Assembly (NCBI RefSeq): GCF_011745625.1 | Contig: NW_027191527.1 | Location: 1-32,277 of the forward strand | Source: Cladosporium halotolerans | Taxonomy: Eukaryota | Direction of reading: 5' to 3' | DNA length: 32,277 nt | Shown: positions 1-11,214 of the stretch, in pieces | Layout of the letters: every line of letters begins with the position of its first letter | Numbering within the stretch: position 1 is the stretch's first letter | Position numbers and translations under genes: made by a program | The notes under the pieces: model-generated | The model's input: only the letters and a program-made list of their open reading frames with translations | The model's database searches: none | What the model was told of the DNA's origin: nothing

Positions 1-190
1 CACCGCTACCGTGTCGCTGGAAGGCACAGCCACTTGCTGTGCAGCGTGCTTTTTGTTCACCCAGATGGTAGCCCGGTAAGCGTACCGCACTTCTCCCTCA
101 TGTCTCACGTCAGGTACAAACAATTGCCAGTTGCGCTCGGCTGGAAAGGTTGGCTCTCCGGTGTCCACATCCTCATAGATATATGGTTCC
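1..190 (-). mobile_element. LINE ORF2 fragment (APE endonuclease N-terminal part), same family as the LINE at 22.1-30 kb; runs off the window edge
   Basis: Minus strand translates EPYIYEDVDTGEPTFPAERNWQLFVPDVRHEGEVRYAYRATIWVNKKHAAQQVAVPSSDTVAV. This aligns with GPYIYEDVDTGEPVFPVERNWQL / FKPSTKQEGEARYAYRAAVWVDKRHAAQQVAVPSSDVVAA from ORFs 23801 and 26062. Not in the ORF track. Confidence 0.9.
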
Positions 191-245
191 CGCATCGAGA
201 AAGTGCGCGGGTTACTGGTATGCGCGGGGTACTGATGAGCTACGT
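191..245 (-). mobile_element. Orphan terminus (TIR) of a Fot1/pogo-like DNA transposon
   Basis: Minus strand reads TA + ACGTAGCTCAT-CAGTACCCCGCGCATAC-CAGTAACCCGCGCACT-TTCTCGATGC. It has a TA flank, ~44 bp with an internal 17-bp direct repeat and a CACTTTC(T/G)CGA(T/A)GC continuation, the same architecture as the 5' end of the pogo element at 26122. Confidence 0.6.
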
Positions 246-1995
246 TATGTGGTATTCTTAGAGAGTTTCCCATGCGCTTTCGTATCAAGATCAACTGCGA
301 GTCGCGCAAAGGAAATCGTTTGCAATCGGGCTTCGTGCAGAATCGTTGTGACTGTTGGAAATTGCCGGACAAGTGCATCCAGACCGCCACAGACCCACTG
401 AAGGTATAAAGCAGTGGCTCAGCAGTAGATACTTAGCTCAATCAACTCTTTCACAGCCATTTCCACCAGTGATATGGTAGAGCAGAGACCTTTGGGGCGG
501 GCGGTGCCGCCGAAGTATGAGGTCTCAACACGGGACAGGCGTCATGCGTATGCTCTGTTATCCCTGCCGACCCCTTGAATCGATCCTTGTATGGTGTAAC
601 CTCGTAAGCCACGAAGTTGGTCAAGCGCGTGGTAAACCGGGGACCCACCCCGCACCGCATCCGAACCCAACGGCTTCACAAGACCGAGCCAGACGCGTAA
701 GCATTTTGATATATTCCCAGACTGATGCAACCAAGCATCAATAGGTTCACTGCAGATTTAAAGAGTGGTGCAAGTGAGGTACAGACTAGATTGGACTACA
801 TCGCCTGACTTGGATGCCAAGGCAGCCTTGCATTTGACTGGCAGAGAAATCGGCACGTCGGTCAAAGGTCCGATGCATCTGGGATTTGCCATCTGAGCTT
901 CCGGATATGTTGCGGTATCTTGCATCACTACAGTAACCTGATCAACGATCAGCATCTGCTGATGAACAAATTCCCGCTCGGGCCCTCGCCCGTCTCCCCT
1001 CGACGGCGTGGGACCTCGCTTTTTACCAAGTACGTCCTCATTCGCCAGTCCTTGCACGGCAGGCTCAACCAAGCTATGCATGCATTGTCGCTGCAGTCCA
1101 TCATACCGCGTTGCTAAATAACGACCTCGTCTGGCAAGTCTGCAGTGGTGTGGACACGCGCCCACAGCGATAATGCGTCATCAGAAAGAATTTGCATTCC
1201 TCCTCCTTTCTCGTCGTCGAACCTGTCGTTTGCGTTTTTCTCTCTGGTGCGAAGAACCAGTCATTCTCCCACACTTTCAAAAGCATCGGGATTGTGAAAC
1301 CCCTCTTCTCAGTATTGAAGCTGAGGGACGAGTCGGCACGATCTGGACGCCGTCAAAGACAAATCACAAGACGCTTTAAGTGATTGTTGAGTCCTTCTAG
1401 CCAAGGCAACGTTCGGTTTGGGCGTCCGCAGTGCACCTCACTTCGTCGCTCGGGTCTATGTCATCCAACTTTACATCGCTTTGTGAATATGGTGGAGCAC
1501 CTATTCACTGGCATATTGCATTGCTTATCATTCTACCAGGTGCGTTGTTCGATCGCTGACGCTGAAATGCTAGCAGGAGACATACCATGTCGACAAGCCC
1601 GTTGCATTGCGACACTCCGCTGAAATAATGCGCCTTCGGTATTGGGGCCTCCCTATAGTTTCATAGAGCAATTGATTCTCTGCAGAGTTGGCCAAAAACC
1701 CTTCATGTAATGCCAGGCTTTCATATTCGTGTTCCTCGGATGCAATCTGGGTCCTATGCTCCTCAGCTGCTTCTCCAGCAATTCTAAACCAAGCTTTTCC
1801 ACTATGATACTCGCGATGACTTGTGCTCCGGAAGGGTGGTAGTGTCAATGAGAGGCGCCGTATGGCAGTAGCGTGAGAGAGGTGTTGCATCATTCGCGTC
1901 CTCCTAGGATGAGCGAGCCCCTGAGTGAAGGGAATCCTCTCCCTCGCAAAGAGATCGGGCCGTGAATGCCGCCTTCTGCCTGTCAATTCTAGTGA

Positions 1996-2034
1996 TGCGA
2001 TTTGGAAGCACTGCGATTTGGAAGCACTGCGATT
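1996..2034. repeat. 16-bp tandem repeat TGCGATTTGGAAGCAC x2.4
   Basis: Exact copies at 1996-2011 and 2012-2027, partial copy at 2028-2034. Confidence 0.9.
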
Positions 2035-2491
2035 CTTGAATTTGGCTCGGAACATCAATTGCGGCGCAGGAGAATGGTATCCTTACTCCCAAAGTCGTCT
2101 CGGCGTAGCCCCGAAGGAGAACTTGCGTGTTTTCCAGAAAAAATGAGCGATAGCAAATTACCAAGGAAAGAACCAAAGTTCCTTGAAGTCCAAAGCTTCT
2201 CACATACGTGTAGAGCTACTCCGCGAGAAAGGAGAGCGACATTTGACAGGCGACACTTCGTTGGAAACATGCGTGTTGTCCGGCGATCGGAGATCAGGCT
2301 CTTGGGCGAATGTTGCCGAGAATGCACTTAGTCTGGGATTTGCGTCAGTGATTTGCCGTTCTTCTGCCCCGCTCCCCAAGATGACATTCACCGTCTGTAT
2401 CTCCTGGCATCTCTCCAGCAGAATCATCATCCCACGAGCGTGATCAGACGCCCTCAGCGTGTCTCATCTATTGCCAGCAGCCTTTTCGAAG

Positions 2492-3454
2492 ATGAATTCT
2501 CTGGAGTCTTTCGACAGACAGAATCCTCCTGCCGACCACGCTCCGGGAAACCCGAAACGCGCTCAAGTGAATGTTGCCTGTAACGAGTGCCGGCGAAGGA
2601 AGGCAAAGGTACGTTAAACCACTTCTAAAAATCAATCATCGCATGTCCTTCAGGCCTTTGATCATAGATCTACGATAACGCGACACCAACAGTCCTGCGC
2701 ATGGAGGGACGCCCTTGATCTGCACCGATACCCTTGTTCCAGGAGAAGAGGAGGAAGCGCATTAGCGTAACACGTCTTTGTCGACCAGAAAGAACTATGG
2801 GAAGAGTCGGCCACACCGTTTACCTGACCGAGCAGCAGTGCGACGCAACGCGACCCGCCTGTCAGCAATGCTTGTCGCATGGACACATCTGTGTGTTTTC
2901 TGACACCATCGACGCCCATCCTACCATAATCTTGAAGCGCAAATATGCCATACTCGAGCAGCAGAGCGAAGATGAGCACCATGTCTTGGAGCTCCTGAGG
3001 TCTTCTCGCCGCGCCGATGCCGAGCGTATTCTCGAGCGCCTGAGAGCTGGTGACGACACGCACTCCATTGTGGACTTCGCACTTCAGCTTGCATCGGCTC
3101 ACTCCGCCGGTAGAGAAACGCACAGCTTCGCGCTTCATAGAGATCAGATCAGTGCACACGATGATACGCGCTCCGTACCACACGGTGCTCTTCGCGAGGA
3201 CACCCATAACGCGCGGGTCCCGGAAGGTAACGCGGGGCCTTACGAAGATAATCTGCGGCGCGAACAAGCTTCTCTCGGGAGAATTGGCGAGATGATGCTG
3301 CCGCCTTTCCAGACGTTCTTGTAAGACGCAAAGAGCAGGTCCTCTCGCAATTCGCTTGCTAAATGATCGTAGGTCTCTCTCGCGTGGCACATCCTCGGAC
3401 GATCGCACTCACGACCAACGAGACAGCTTTCGAGAATTTTTGGATGCGCCCTGA
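2492..3454 (+). CDS. Short Zn(II)2Cys6 transcription factor, ~226 aa; proposed join(2492..2608,2839..3320,3373..3454)
   Basis: Exon 1 ends ...PKRAQVNVACNECRRRKAK, followed by a GTACGT donor at 2609. CTGAC branch and CAG acceptor end at 2838, then CDATRPACQQCLSHGHIC completes the six cysteines. Downstream is HVLELLRSSRRADAERILERLRAG. Second intron GTAAGA(3321)...GCTAA...TAG(3372); TGA at 3452-3454. Start codon and last exon are less certain. Confidence 0.8.
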
Positions 3455-6400
3455 CTTATGCTCAACTCAAGCAGACGGAACAACCAGCGCCCGCATTGAG
3501 ACACTTGGAAAGTCAGCGTGGCCCTTGATTCGTCTGGAAAGAGCAGGAGCAATTCGCTACGCGCGTAGGAAACAAACTTTTCTCAAGCCTTCAAATTGTC
3601 AATCATGGTGAAGCAAACGCAAATTTGTATTGGCCCAAGCGTTGGCTCGCTTTATTGTTATCATAGGAGAGTAAGCAGCAATTTGGACTGGCATGCTTCA
3701 GCTCCGAGTGCCGGTCGCCTGAAACGATGACTCGGACCAGGATTTGCGGATGCTTGTTTCATCCGTGACCAGACCCGGCAAAGGCGATGTTCACTTTCGA
3801 CGAAGGTGCAGATTCTATCCGAAAGCATGCAGCAAAATCCTACCCCAAGCATCGCCAGACCTTTTAGAATGTTCTTTGGTAGCTCCATGCGGCGTTGCGG
3901 GCCTGCGAACGTGAACGCACCATGCCAGGAGCTCTAGTTTCGGGTCAAGGCAAAGAAAGCAATGAAGAGATTGCTCTCATTTGACGGAAATGAGAAACGT
4001 GGCCACTGAACTGATGCAGATGCGCTATTCATGTCGCAGGCACTTTGGCTTCTTGCTACCAGAAGCTGGAAAGATGCGCCCAGGTGGGGCCATTCAGCAT
4101 GTTGAGCTACTCTCGCAGATGCCAAAGCTGAGCGCAGAGCATGATCTGGAAGACCGCTAATGCGCAATAAATGGATGACCTTGGGAGAGGATACGAATGC
4201 CGGACAGGGCCGGCAGGTATCCAATGTGGTCATGACGCTGGTATTGGGCTAAAGCAGCCAGTATCTTTCTAGGAGACTGGTGGCGGAGTCGAACCTTGGG
4301 AGCCGGAGAGCCATAACCTTGAGTGACAACAGCGGTATTACTGAAGGTGGGCAAGTCGGTTGGTTGGTTTGCTTGTATCCTACACGGTTTCAGCCGCAAT
4401 CTAACCTGCGGCTATTCCCGGAAGCAGAGGTTCGGCCGGCAGCCGACGAGCGCTGAGGGAATCAGCGCACCCACCTCGCCATACCAAAGGCATGACCAGC
4501 TGCCCCTTCGCCTCCACGGCGACAGAGTCCCTACGTACATTCTGTGCCACGGTATTGGTATTCCTCCTCTCGATGTCATCTCCTTGCGTGATTCGCCTAA
4601 CCTGTACATATGAAACTCCCCTTGTTATGTATCTGTCTATTGTGGCTCTTGCGGCGCTTGAACACCATGTCTGCGACCATATAGCTGTCCCTTAGTGCTC
4701 AGCTCGTCTCTTCTATTATGTCCCTACTCTCTGGGCGTATGTCAGGGCGCTAAATTCAATCCAACGTATTATTGTTGCCTCCTACTAGGATCTTCAATGT
4801 GGTTGTGTGTTTGCGAGCGTCTTTCGTAGCCCACAGCAGCTTTGATTTCTCCGTCGGCGTTCAGCGGCATGAGAATGATGCTCCCCTCCTGCAGGGCTTC
4901 GAGTTACTAGGCATGAGAGCTCTGGCGCGAATCTCCTCGGGATTGGGGGCGACAGTGGGCGAGGCTGTCTGTGTATCAGCAGTATTGTGTGGCACCGACG
5001 AGTAGGATGTCGATGCCCGGTGCTCGATTCGCGTAGAGATGATTCCGTTCTCTTCGAAGGCCTGCTGGTGTGGGATGTCGCAGACATTGGCAGGTGTTTT
5101 GATGGACCTGCTCCGGACCACCCGTGGCTGTGTATACAGTATTGCGTTGATATAATCAATACATCGTATTATTTTACGTCACCTCAGCATGCTCCTAATC
5201 TAGCCGTGTGGCAAGGAATTATCTCAGGAGAGGTACTTGAATCCGGTTCCAGAGAGGCTACACCAACTAATGCCATACAAGACTACTGTTTCTGCACAAC
5301 GCACGCAAAGCAAAGCTGAATCGCGCGTGCGCACTTCGCCGCAGGAATGTCAAGCCACTGCAGGTCACTTTGAGAATAGCCACTACTCATGTTCTTCCGG
5401 CTACCAAAGGACATTCAGGCAGATAAATTGAACCGCAGCAGCTACCTGCATTGAGCGTAACTGAATTGGACATTGTTCCATGCGCGGCAGTTTAGAAGTT
5501 TGCCGGTCTTCTCTAGCCAATTCTGTTTTCATTTGCTGACTATTCGGTTTGCGATGGTGAAATCAAGAATTGGTGGAAGCGAAGCAGAGAGAGAAGACGC
5601 GACAGAACACGCAAAGCTTTGTCACCGGTTGAAGCAGGATAAAGCTCATGTCCTGCGCAAATATGGTCGCAATCGAAGCGGGATCGAAGGCCCAGGTGGA
5701 ACGGTAAGCCCCGGGAAACGGCCTGCAACCATACCTTCCATAAGGAAGGCTGGCGGCTGGCGCACGCTGTGTCGAAGTTGCAGGGCTATGGTGTAATGGC
5801 ACCGGCAGAGTTGCGACGAAGCCCTCCAGCCATATGATAAATTCTGGCAGGTGAACGACCATTCCCGGGTCCTTCTGTAGATCGTCGCTAAGAACAGTGA
5901 ATTTAGAGATCGGATAGGCGCGAAAGAACATTGTATGACCCATCCAAAGCATGCCTTGGTTTTGTGGCGGCCGAAAACGTTCGCTCACGCGCAGTCCAGC
6001 GGGCATACAAGACACCGTTGTCGGAGTGGTCGCGATTTGACAATAGCGCTGCGTTGACCGATTCGCAGTCTCTTATGTGCGGAAAATTTGTGTCACTCGC
6101 CGGCCAGCCATGTATCTCCTTATCTGTGTCTGGTGCCTGACTCATAGGCGATGTAAAAATTTCGCTCTTCCAGGAGACTCCTGCATGGTCGAAATTGGTC
6201 GTCAAGAATGACTGATTACTGATTGGCTCGGAAGGCTTAGCACCGACATTCCAGAATTTACTCGAACGCGCTCAGCTGCGGTTGAGACTGAGAGTGCCTA
6301 CCGAGCTTGCTGCTGAGAAGGATCTCGCGATGATTGAGTTGGTTATGGTTTCCTCTCTAGGTATGTTCAGCATTTTGATTCGCCTGCAAGATTGGCACTA

Positions 6401-6477
6401 AGTTATTACCTTACCGACATGATCTCTGCTTGCGAAGAGCTCGCATTTGACAGAATGCTTGTACTATCTGTAGGCGT

Positions 6478-6996
6478 CTATAACCCTTTCAATAGGAGAC
6501 TCTCAACTGAAGTACCAAGACGCAGCTTTGCTAAAAGCATGGCCGACTGTTCATCAGTGCCGTATCTCAATTTCTCGACCAGCTGCTCAAGTACCCCATT
6601 CTTCGCTTTTGCTTCTACCAACTTCCGCTTAAGCTCCGCGGTCCTTGTCACGCCATTGGCGACGTCCCAGAAACATTCGAGACTGCGCTCGTTGCAGGAC
6701 ATGCACACGGGCCGATGACCTGAACACTTTGTCTTCCTCTTCTGACATCGGATACAGGCACTCTTGACTGGTTTTGCTCTTTTGCGTGTCTGACGAGCTT
6801 GGTCGAGATTGGCTTCGCTTTCGGAACTTTTGGTAGTCCTCGGCTGGCGCCCGCCCTCTGCTCGTCTTCCGTCAAGAACACTGTTCTCAGTGCCCCCAGT
6901 GACGAAAGCGCTGCCCTCGCTTGCTGGTCTCCCGGCCGCTAAAGATCGAAGTTCCCTACCAGGAACGAGGTTTACGTGCGTCTCCTTTAGGGACAT
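6478..6996 (-). CDS. Short Zn(II)2Cys6 transcription factor (172 aa to first stop; may be truncated by a premature TAG)
   Basis: KSACIRCQKRKTKCSGHRPVCMSCNERSLEC is an unspliced Zn2Cys6 cluster, followed by a coiled coil (ELKRKLVEAKAKNGVLEQLVEKLR) and LLAKLRLG. Likely ATG at 6996 (MSLKETH); the ORF track start is 7119. Confidence 0.85.
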   Translation of the reverse strand: MSLKETHVNLVPGRELRSLAAGRPASEGSAFVTGGTENSVLDGRRAEGGRQPRTTKSSESEANLDQARQTRKRAKPVKSACIRCQKRKTKCSGHRPVCMSCNERSLECFWDVANGVTRTAELKRKLVEAKAKNGVLEQLVEKLRYGTDEQSAMLLAKLRLGTSVESLLLKGL

Positions 6997-7327
6997 GGTT
7001 GTTGGCGAGCGGCTTGCGCTGTGGCGAAAAAGGCACGCGGTTTTCGATGTAATGCAACAGCGTCGTCCCGACAACGAATTATGAGCGCCTGACGTCTTTG
7101 CAAAATGGAGCACTGTCATTCGGTCCGATGGATTTCAGATCGGATGGATCATATCGCAAAAACTCAGCCGTTCGCTGCGGGGTTCGGAATGATCCGAAGC
7201 CAAGCCTGATCCTACATGCGATAGAACTTAACCAGTCTGGAATGGGCTGCGTGTGAAACCCCGGTGGTCATGTCATTCGACCTACGATAAGCACCTGATG
7301 TCCGGGCGCTCGATCTATTCGCCAGTA

Positions 7328-7704
7328 ATGGACTTTATGGCAGCAATCGATACAATCGTAAACTAGACCTACGCGCAACACTTACAGTGGCCACGACTTC
7401 AATCCGCCAATGCCTTGCCCTGCTCTCGTGACAGTCGCTGTTTTCAATGCGGCAGCACTGGCAGCAGATGGTCCAGTAGCTCGTGCGCGTGCTTGCTCTG
7501 AATCTATCTGATGAACTAAAGGCTAATCAGACACAAGGTGGCGCGTTCGCTCTACTGCAGTCCACGAATGATGGAACGCCCTCAATGGCGGCAATCCTGC
7601 AAAGTGCAGCGGTGGGCGGCTACGTTGTTATCAGTGTGAATGAGGCGATGCAGACCGGCAGTGCTATTGCTAGGACGGCGACACTAACATACGCAGCAAA
7701 ATGA
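7328..7704 (+). pseudogene. Decayed small Gly/Ala-rich hydrophobic protein gene resembling fungal Ifi-6-16/ISG12-like proteins
   Basis: MDFMAAIDTIVN*TYAQH, then a frameshift, then CPALVTVAVFNAAALAADGPVA. An intron follows (GTGCGC...GCTAAT...AAG), then RGAFALLQS...AAILQSAAVGGY...TYAAK*. The GPVA.G...LQSAAxGG pattern is recalled from that family; the family call is an inference. Confidence 0.45.
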
Positions 7705-7784
7705 TAGGTGCATGGGCAAGATGGTGAGGGAGCTCATATGAGATATTGGTGCTTATATTGGAGCCAAAATCCAAAAGACGCAGC

Positions 7785-7855
7785 GAAAAGCAAGGAAAAC
7801 ATAGCAAAGCAAAACATAGCAAAGCAGAACATAGCAAAGGAAAACATAGCAAAGG
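7785..7855. repeat. 15-bp minisatellite (AAACATAGCAAAGCA-like) ~4.5 copies
   Basis: aaaacatagcaaagc / aaaacatagcaaagc / agaacatagcaaagg / aaaacatagcaaagg in tandem. Confidence 0.85.
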
Positions 7856-8044
7856 GATAGGCACCACATGTCTTGAAACGAAAGACTTGCGCTTAGCCAT
7901 TATGTCTGAGGGTTCGAAGGACATACCCTACAAGTAGGGCATCAAGCCAAAATTTCCCACGAAACTCCGACTGAGGGAAGGAAGTGCCATGTGAAAGTCT
8001 TGCCCACTCCGTGCACGCTGTTTTGGCTCTCCAAAAGCGCGAGC

Positions 8045-8230
8045 TTTTCCTTTCATAATAATACTTTATTCTGGCTGTCTAGCTCATGACAGGCTTAGGC
8101 TAAGTCTCGGCGTTTCTCGGTCATCTATGAGTGCTCTCGCGTTGGTGCCCTTAACATTGTTTACAATCCTGCTCGCCACTCCGTCTCCGCCAAGGCACCA
8201 CGGCTTTCGGGCCCACTGCCCTCCTTCTGA
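8045..8230 (-). mobile_element. LINE 3'UTR remnant related to the LINE at 31346-32180
   Basis: Colinear shared blocks: ATACTTTATT (8061-8070 vs 31363-31372, AATAAA on minus), ATGACAGG, and TTTACAATCCTGCTCGC (8160-8176 vs 31457-31473). The upstream (right-hand) boundary is unclear. Confidence 0.7.
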
Positions 8231-8544
8231 TTCCCGCGTTGAAGCGCAACTGCTAACCTTCATTCCGTGCTCTCTCCCTCATTTAGTTATACCTATCACG
8301 TGTTACAGGCTGGACGCCTCTACCGCTGAAGGCGTGCTGGAATTGCTCGCCGAGGCTGGGCCTCTTCTTTGGCTCATTGTTCCTCGCTATTGGTCTGTAT
8401 ATCTCGTATTCGAGCAGAACGATATATATATTTCCACTTCGCGCTGACGCAAACCGTGTCTTGTGCTTGTCGTATCGTGCTCCGGCCGGCCAAGCCCTTG
8501 GGGCGCTCGTGCTGAGCGCGTTGTTCGAGGTGCTGCGATTCATT

Positions 8545-11006
8545 TCATGAGCATGTGATGGCCTCCTTGTGAGAGCTGGTCGGCTCGTCGCGCTCTTTTG
8601 CATTTCTGCGAGTTCGCCCGACTCTTGCTCCCATGCCTTTTGGTCGTCCGCAACTTTTGATCAGCCAGCTCTTCAGACCCTGCTCCGCCTCGATCACGTC
8701 CTGTTTCAAACTGAATCGCTGGTCGGTGATCATACGCTTTGCCTGGCTGAACGCTCTCTCACATTCAGCTGACATACCTGGTATCGCAAGCAGTTTGAAA
8801 GCGAGCTTAGCAAGGGTGGGAAACATCCTCTGGCCAAAGTCTCTCCACCAAGCGATAGGCTGGTTCTTGTAGATATCTGTGACGTTGAGGTCCTCGAGTG
8901 AAAGCTCCAAGAAGCGATCTAGTTCAGAGTCCTCGCGCTTGCGTTTCTTTTTGCATCGCTCAGCAGAGATTGTGGCGTTACGTCTTACAGTGTTGAAAAA
9001 GTTATTGAACTGTGCATGAATGTCGTCAGTTTCCTTGATCGATGTATCTGTTGCAGGCTCGCTATGCGGGCTCGTCGAGCAGTCTTCACTCTTGTGCAGA
9101 GTGCTGAGAAATTCGTTGTAACATGCTGAGACTGCATTCTGGGCGTTTCTGATCTCCAATCTCGAGCGAGGCACCTTTGCCCAGGCATTAGCAAAGTAGT
9201 CGTTGCGGTAGCAAGGGTGCAGAGCGATCGCTGCACGGTACAATCGTGTGCGGTCGGATCTCCCGTAGTAATCCTTTAGCTTCTCAAAACCATGATTGAT
9301 ACAGTGACGATAGTGATCCACAAATAGATCGGGATTCTTTGATACATCATCGGCGCGGATCTTGAGCATCATGAACAAGAAATCAAAGGCGGGAAGGACC
9401 TCCCACAAGGCTCCATGACTGCCTTCAAGCGACAGCTTATTTCCTTTGCCTTCCAACCTTTCCGTGGCAAGCTTGAACAGTAACAGCAGTTCTTCATAGT
9501 GGCGGAGTTCCTCCCAGTCCCCTTCGAAAAGAAAGTCTTGGGAGAGGTCATACGCCTTGGTGTCCTGCCTGCGCCACTGACGACAGTAAGAGCGGATCGG
9601 GTTCTCAAGCAGAAGCGCACGGGCGATCATATTGTAGACGCTGTTCCATCGTATCCCGGTATCCTTGACCAGGCGGTAGCAAAATGTGGTAATGTCATCG
9701 GCGATGTCGCGCTGCACCTCGTTGAACATCTGTATTCGTTGATCCGAACGCATGATGTACCGCACGATGTTGTGAAGCTTGCCGATTGCATGCTGTCTCC
9801 GCCATATATCGAAACTCTCGTCGTCGCCAACATCGCTCAGCTCCTTTTGAAAAGCAGCAAGTCCCTCTCCGAACAACAACGCTTTGACAACGAGATTCAC
9901 GGTATGCCCCCAACAGCGCAGTCGACATTGCGTGGGATCAAGGCCGAACTCTTGAGCGAGAATTTCGACGGCTGTGTCGTTGTTTGCAGCATTGTCAAGC
10001 ACAAAGGCGCCAATCTTTCGTTGTATGCCGTAATCGCGGATCAGGGCTGAAACGGCCTTTGCAATCTTCTCACCGGAGTGTTGGCCTTCGAGCCGTGACA
10101 TTCCGATCAGTGCGTTGCGAAGCGTGCAGTCTTTGTCGATCCAGTGAGCGACTACTTCCAGAAGCGAGAGACCGTTCGGTGAAGACCAGCCATCGAAGGA
10201 TAAGCTGACATTGCTGAGTGAGGTATGCAAGGACTCAGCGACCTCGGGATTACGTTGCTCGTATGCATCCATCAACCAGCGGCGCGCACAACTACGCTGC
10301 GGTAGAAGATTGGTCACTTTACGGCCACTACGAACGAGTAGTCTTTGGAGATGAGGGGTTGTAGCTTGGGACAAAGTGATGTCGTCTTTCGCGATCCAGT
10401 TCACGTAGTCTTCGCGCCATCTTTCCTCCCAGAGGTGCTCGTCTATGAACCCTTCGATACGCTCTTGTGCTTGCACGCTCGCCTCTAGGCGCTCCAGGCC
10501 GATACCATGCTGGTCGTGAAGGTGACGAGTACAATTGGTGGAGGCTTGGGCGTTCATGACCTTCATACGGCCCTGCTCATGGCAGTACCGACAGATCCAG
10601 TGCTTGATCCATTTGCCGCCAGGGCTTCTCTTCTCTAGCTCAACACCATGGAGGTACATCCATGAGATCTTATTTCCGTCGAACCTTCGATTGCTGCGTA
10701 AACAGCGGCGGTATCCAGAAAGCTCGGGTCTGTGTAGTGGAACTGTGAAAGTGCAGCGTGTTGACGCCAGCACCGAATTCCTGGTATCCATCTCTTCCTC
10801 TTCGTCATCATCATCGTCCACTTCGGTGTGGGAGTCGAGGCTAAGGCGGATGGGTTCGAGGTGCTTGAAGATGGAGATATGCATCCCTTGGGGCGTGTCG
10901 CGAGCTCTGGAGAGCCTGTCTCTGGCGTTTTCGGGTATTTGGGCGTGAGTTGGAAAGCTAGTGTTGCTTGGGTGATCTTTCGCGCTTTACGCGGCGGCGA
11001 ACTCAT
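8545..11006 (-). CDS. hAT-family transposase 1 (779-aa ORF 10884-8545; true start probably ATG 11006 via one frameshift near 10830)
   Basis: BED finger (SWMYLHG...WICRYC...RHLHDQH), SLSFDGWSS, FVLDNAANND, CxxH (RLRCWGH), GIRWNS, ALHP, and hATC dimerisation region PIAWWR...FPTLAKLA...LAIPGMSAECERAFS. Confidence 0.93.
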
Positions 11007-11214
11007 GATGGCCAAGCTCGCGACCAGTGCGATTGGTGGTACACGCTCCTACGAGAGCAGAAAATCAGGGTCCACAGCGGGGAACATCAGAGTTCCAGCA
11101 TATATCTCTGGCGGACGGCTACGGGCCGTGGTCTGTGATCCCTCGCTGGTCGGTGCTCTTCTTAGATAGTACGTATATACTTTATACCGTTCAATAATCC
11201 TCTACCAAACAAAC

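Noticed and set aside
1143..1158. CAGTGGTGTGGAC, similar to the hAT element 1 TIR
   Set aside because: Only the first 9 bases match contiguously; there are no CAAG subterminal repeats and the flank does not match AATCGGGC.
400..1950. TATA-like site at ~405, an intron-like GTAAGC...TAG at ~697-743, and several 60-160 aa ORFs
   Set aside because: No coherent reading frame or recognisable domain; may be a decayed gene but cannot be supported.
2662..3408. 248-aa minus-strand ORF
   Set aside because: Antisense shadow of the Zn2Cys6 exon, with no domain features.
3600..5900. Multiple short ORFs between the two Zn2Cys6 genes
   Set aside because: No motifs recognised in any frame; treated as intergenic or unrecognisable relics.
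7785..7855. Repeat array considered as CRISPR-like or as the missing hAT 3' end
   Set aside because: Head-to-tail minisatellite without spacers in a eukaryotic context, with no adjacent TIR.
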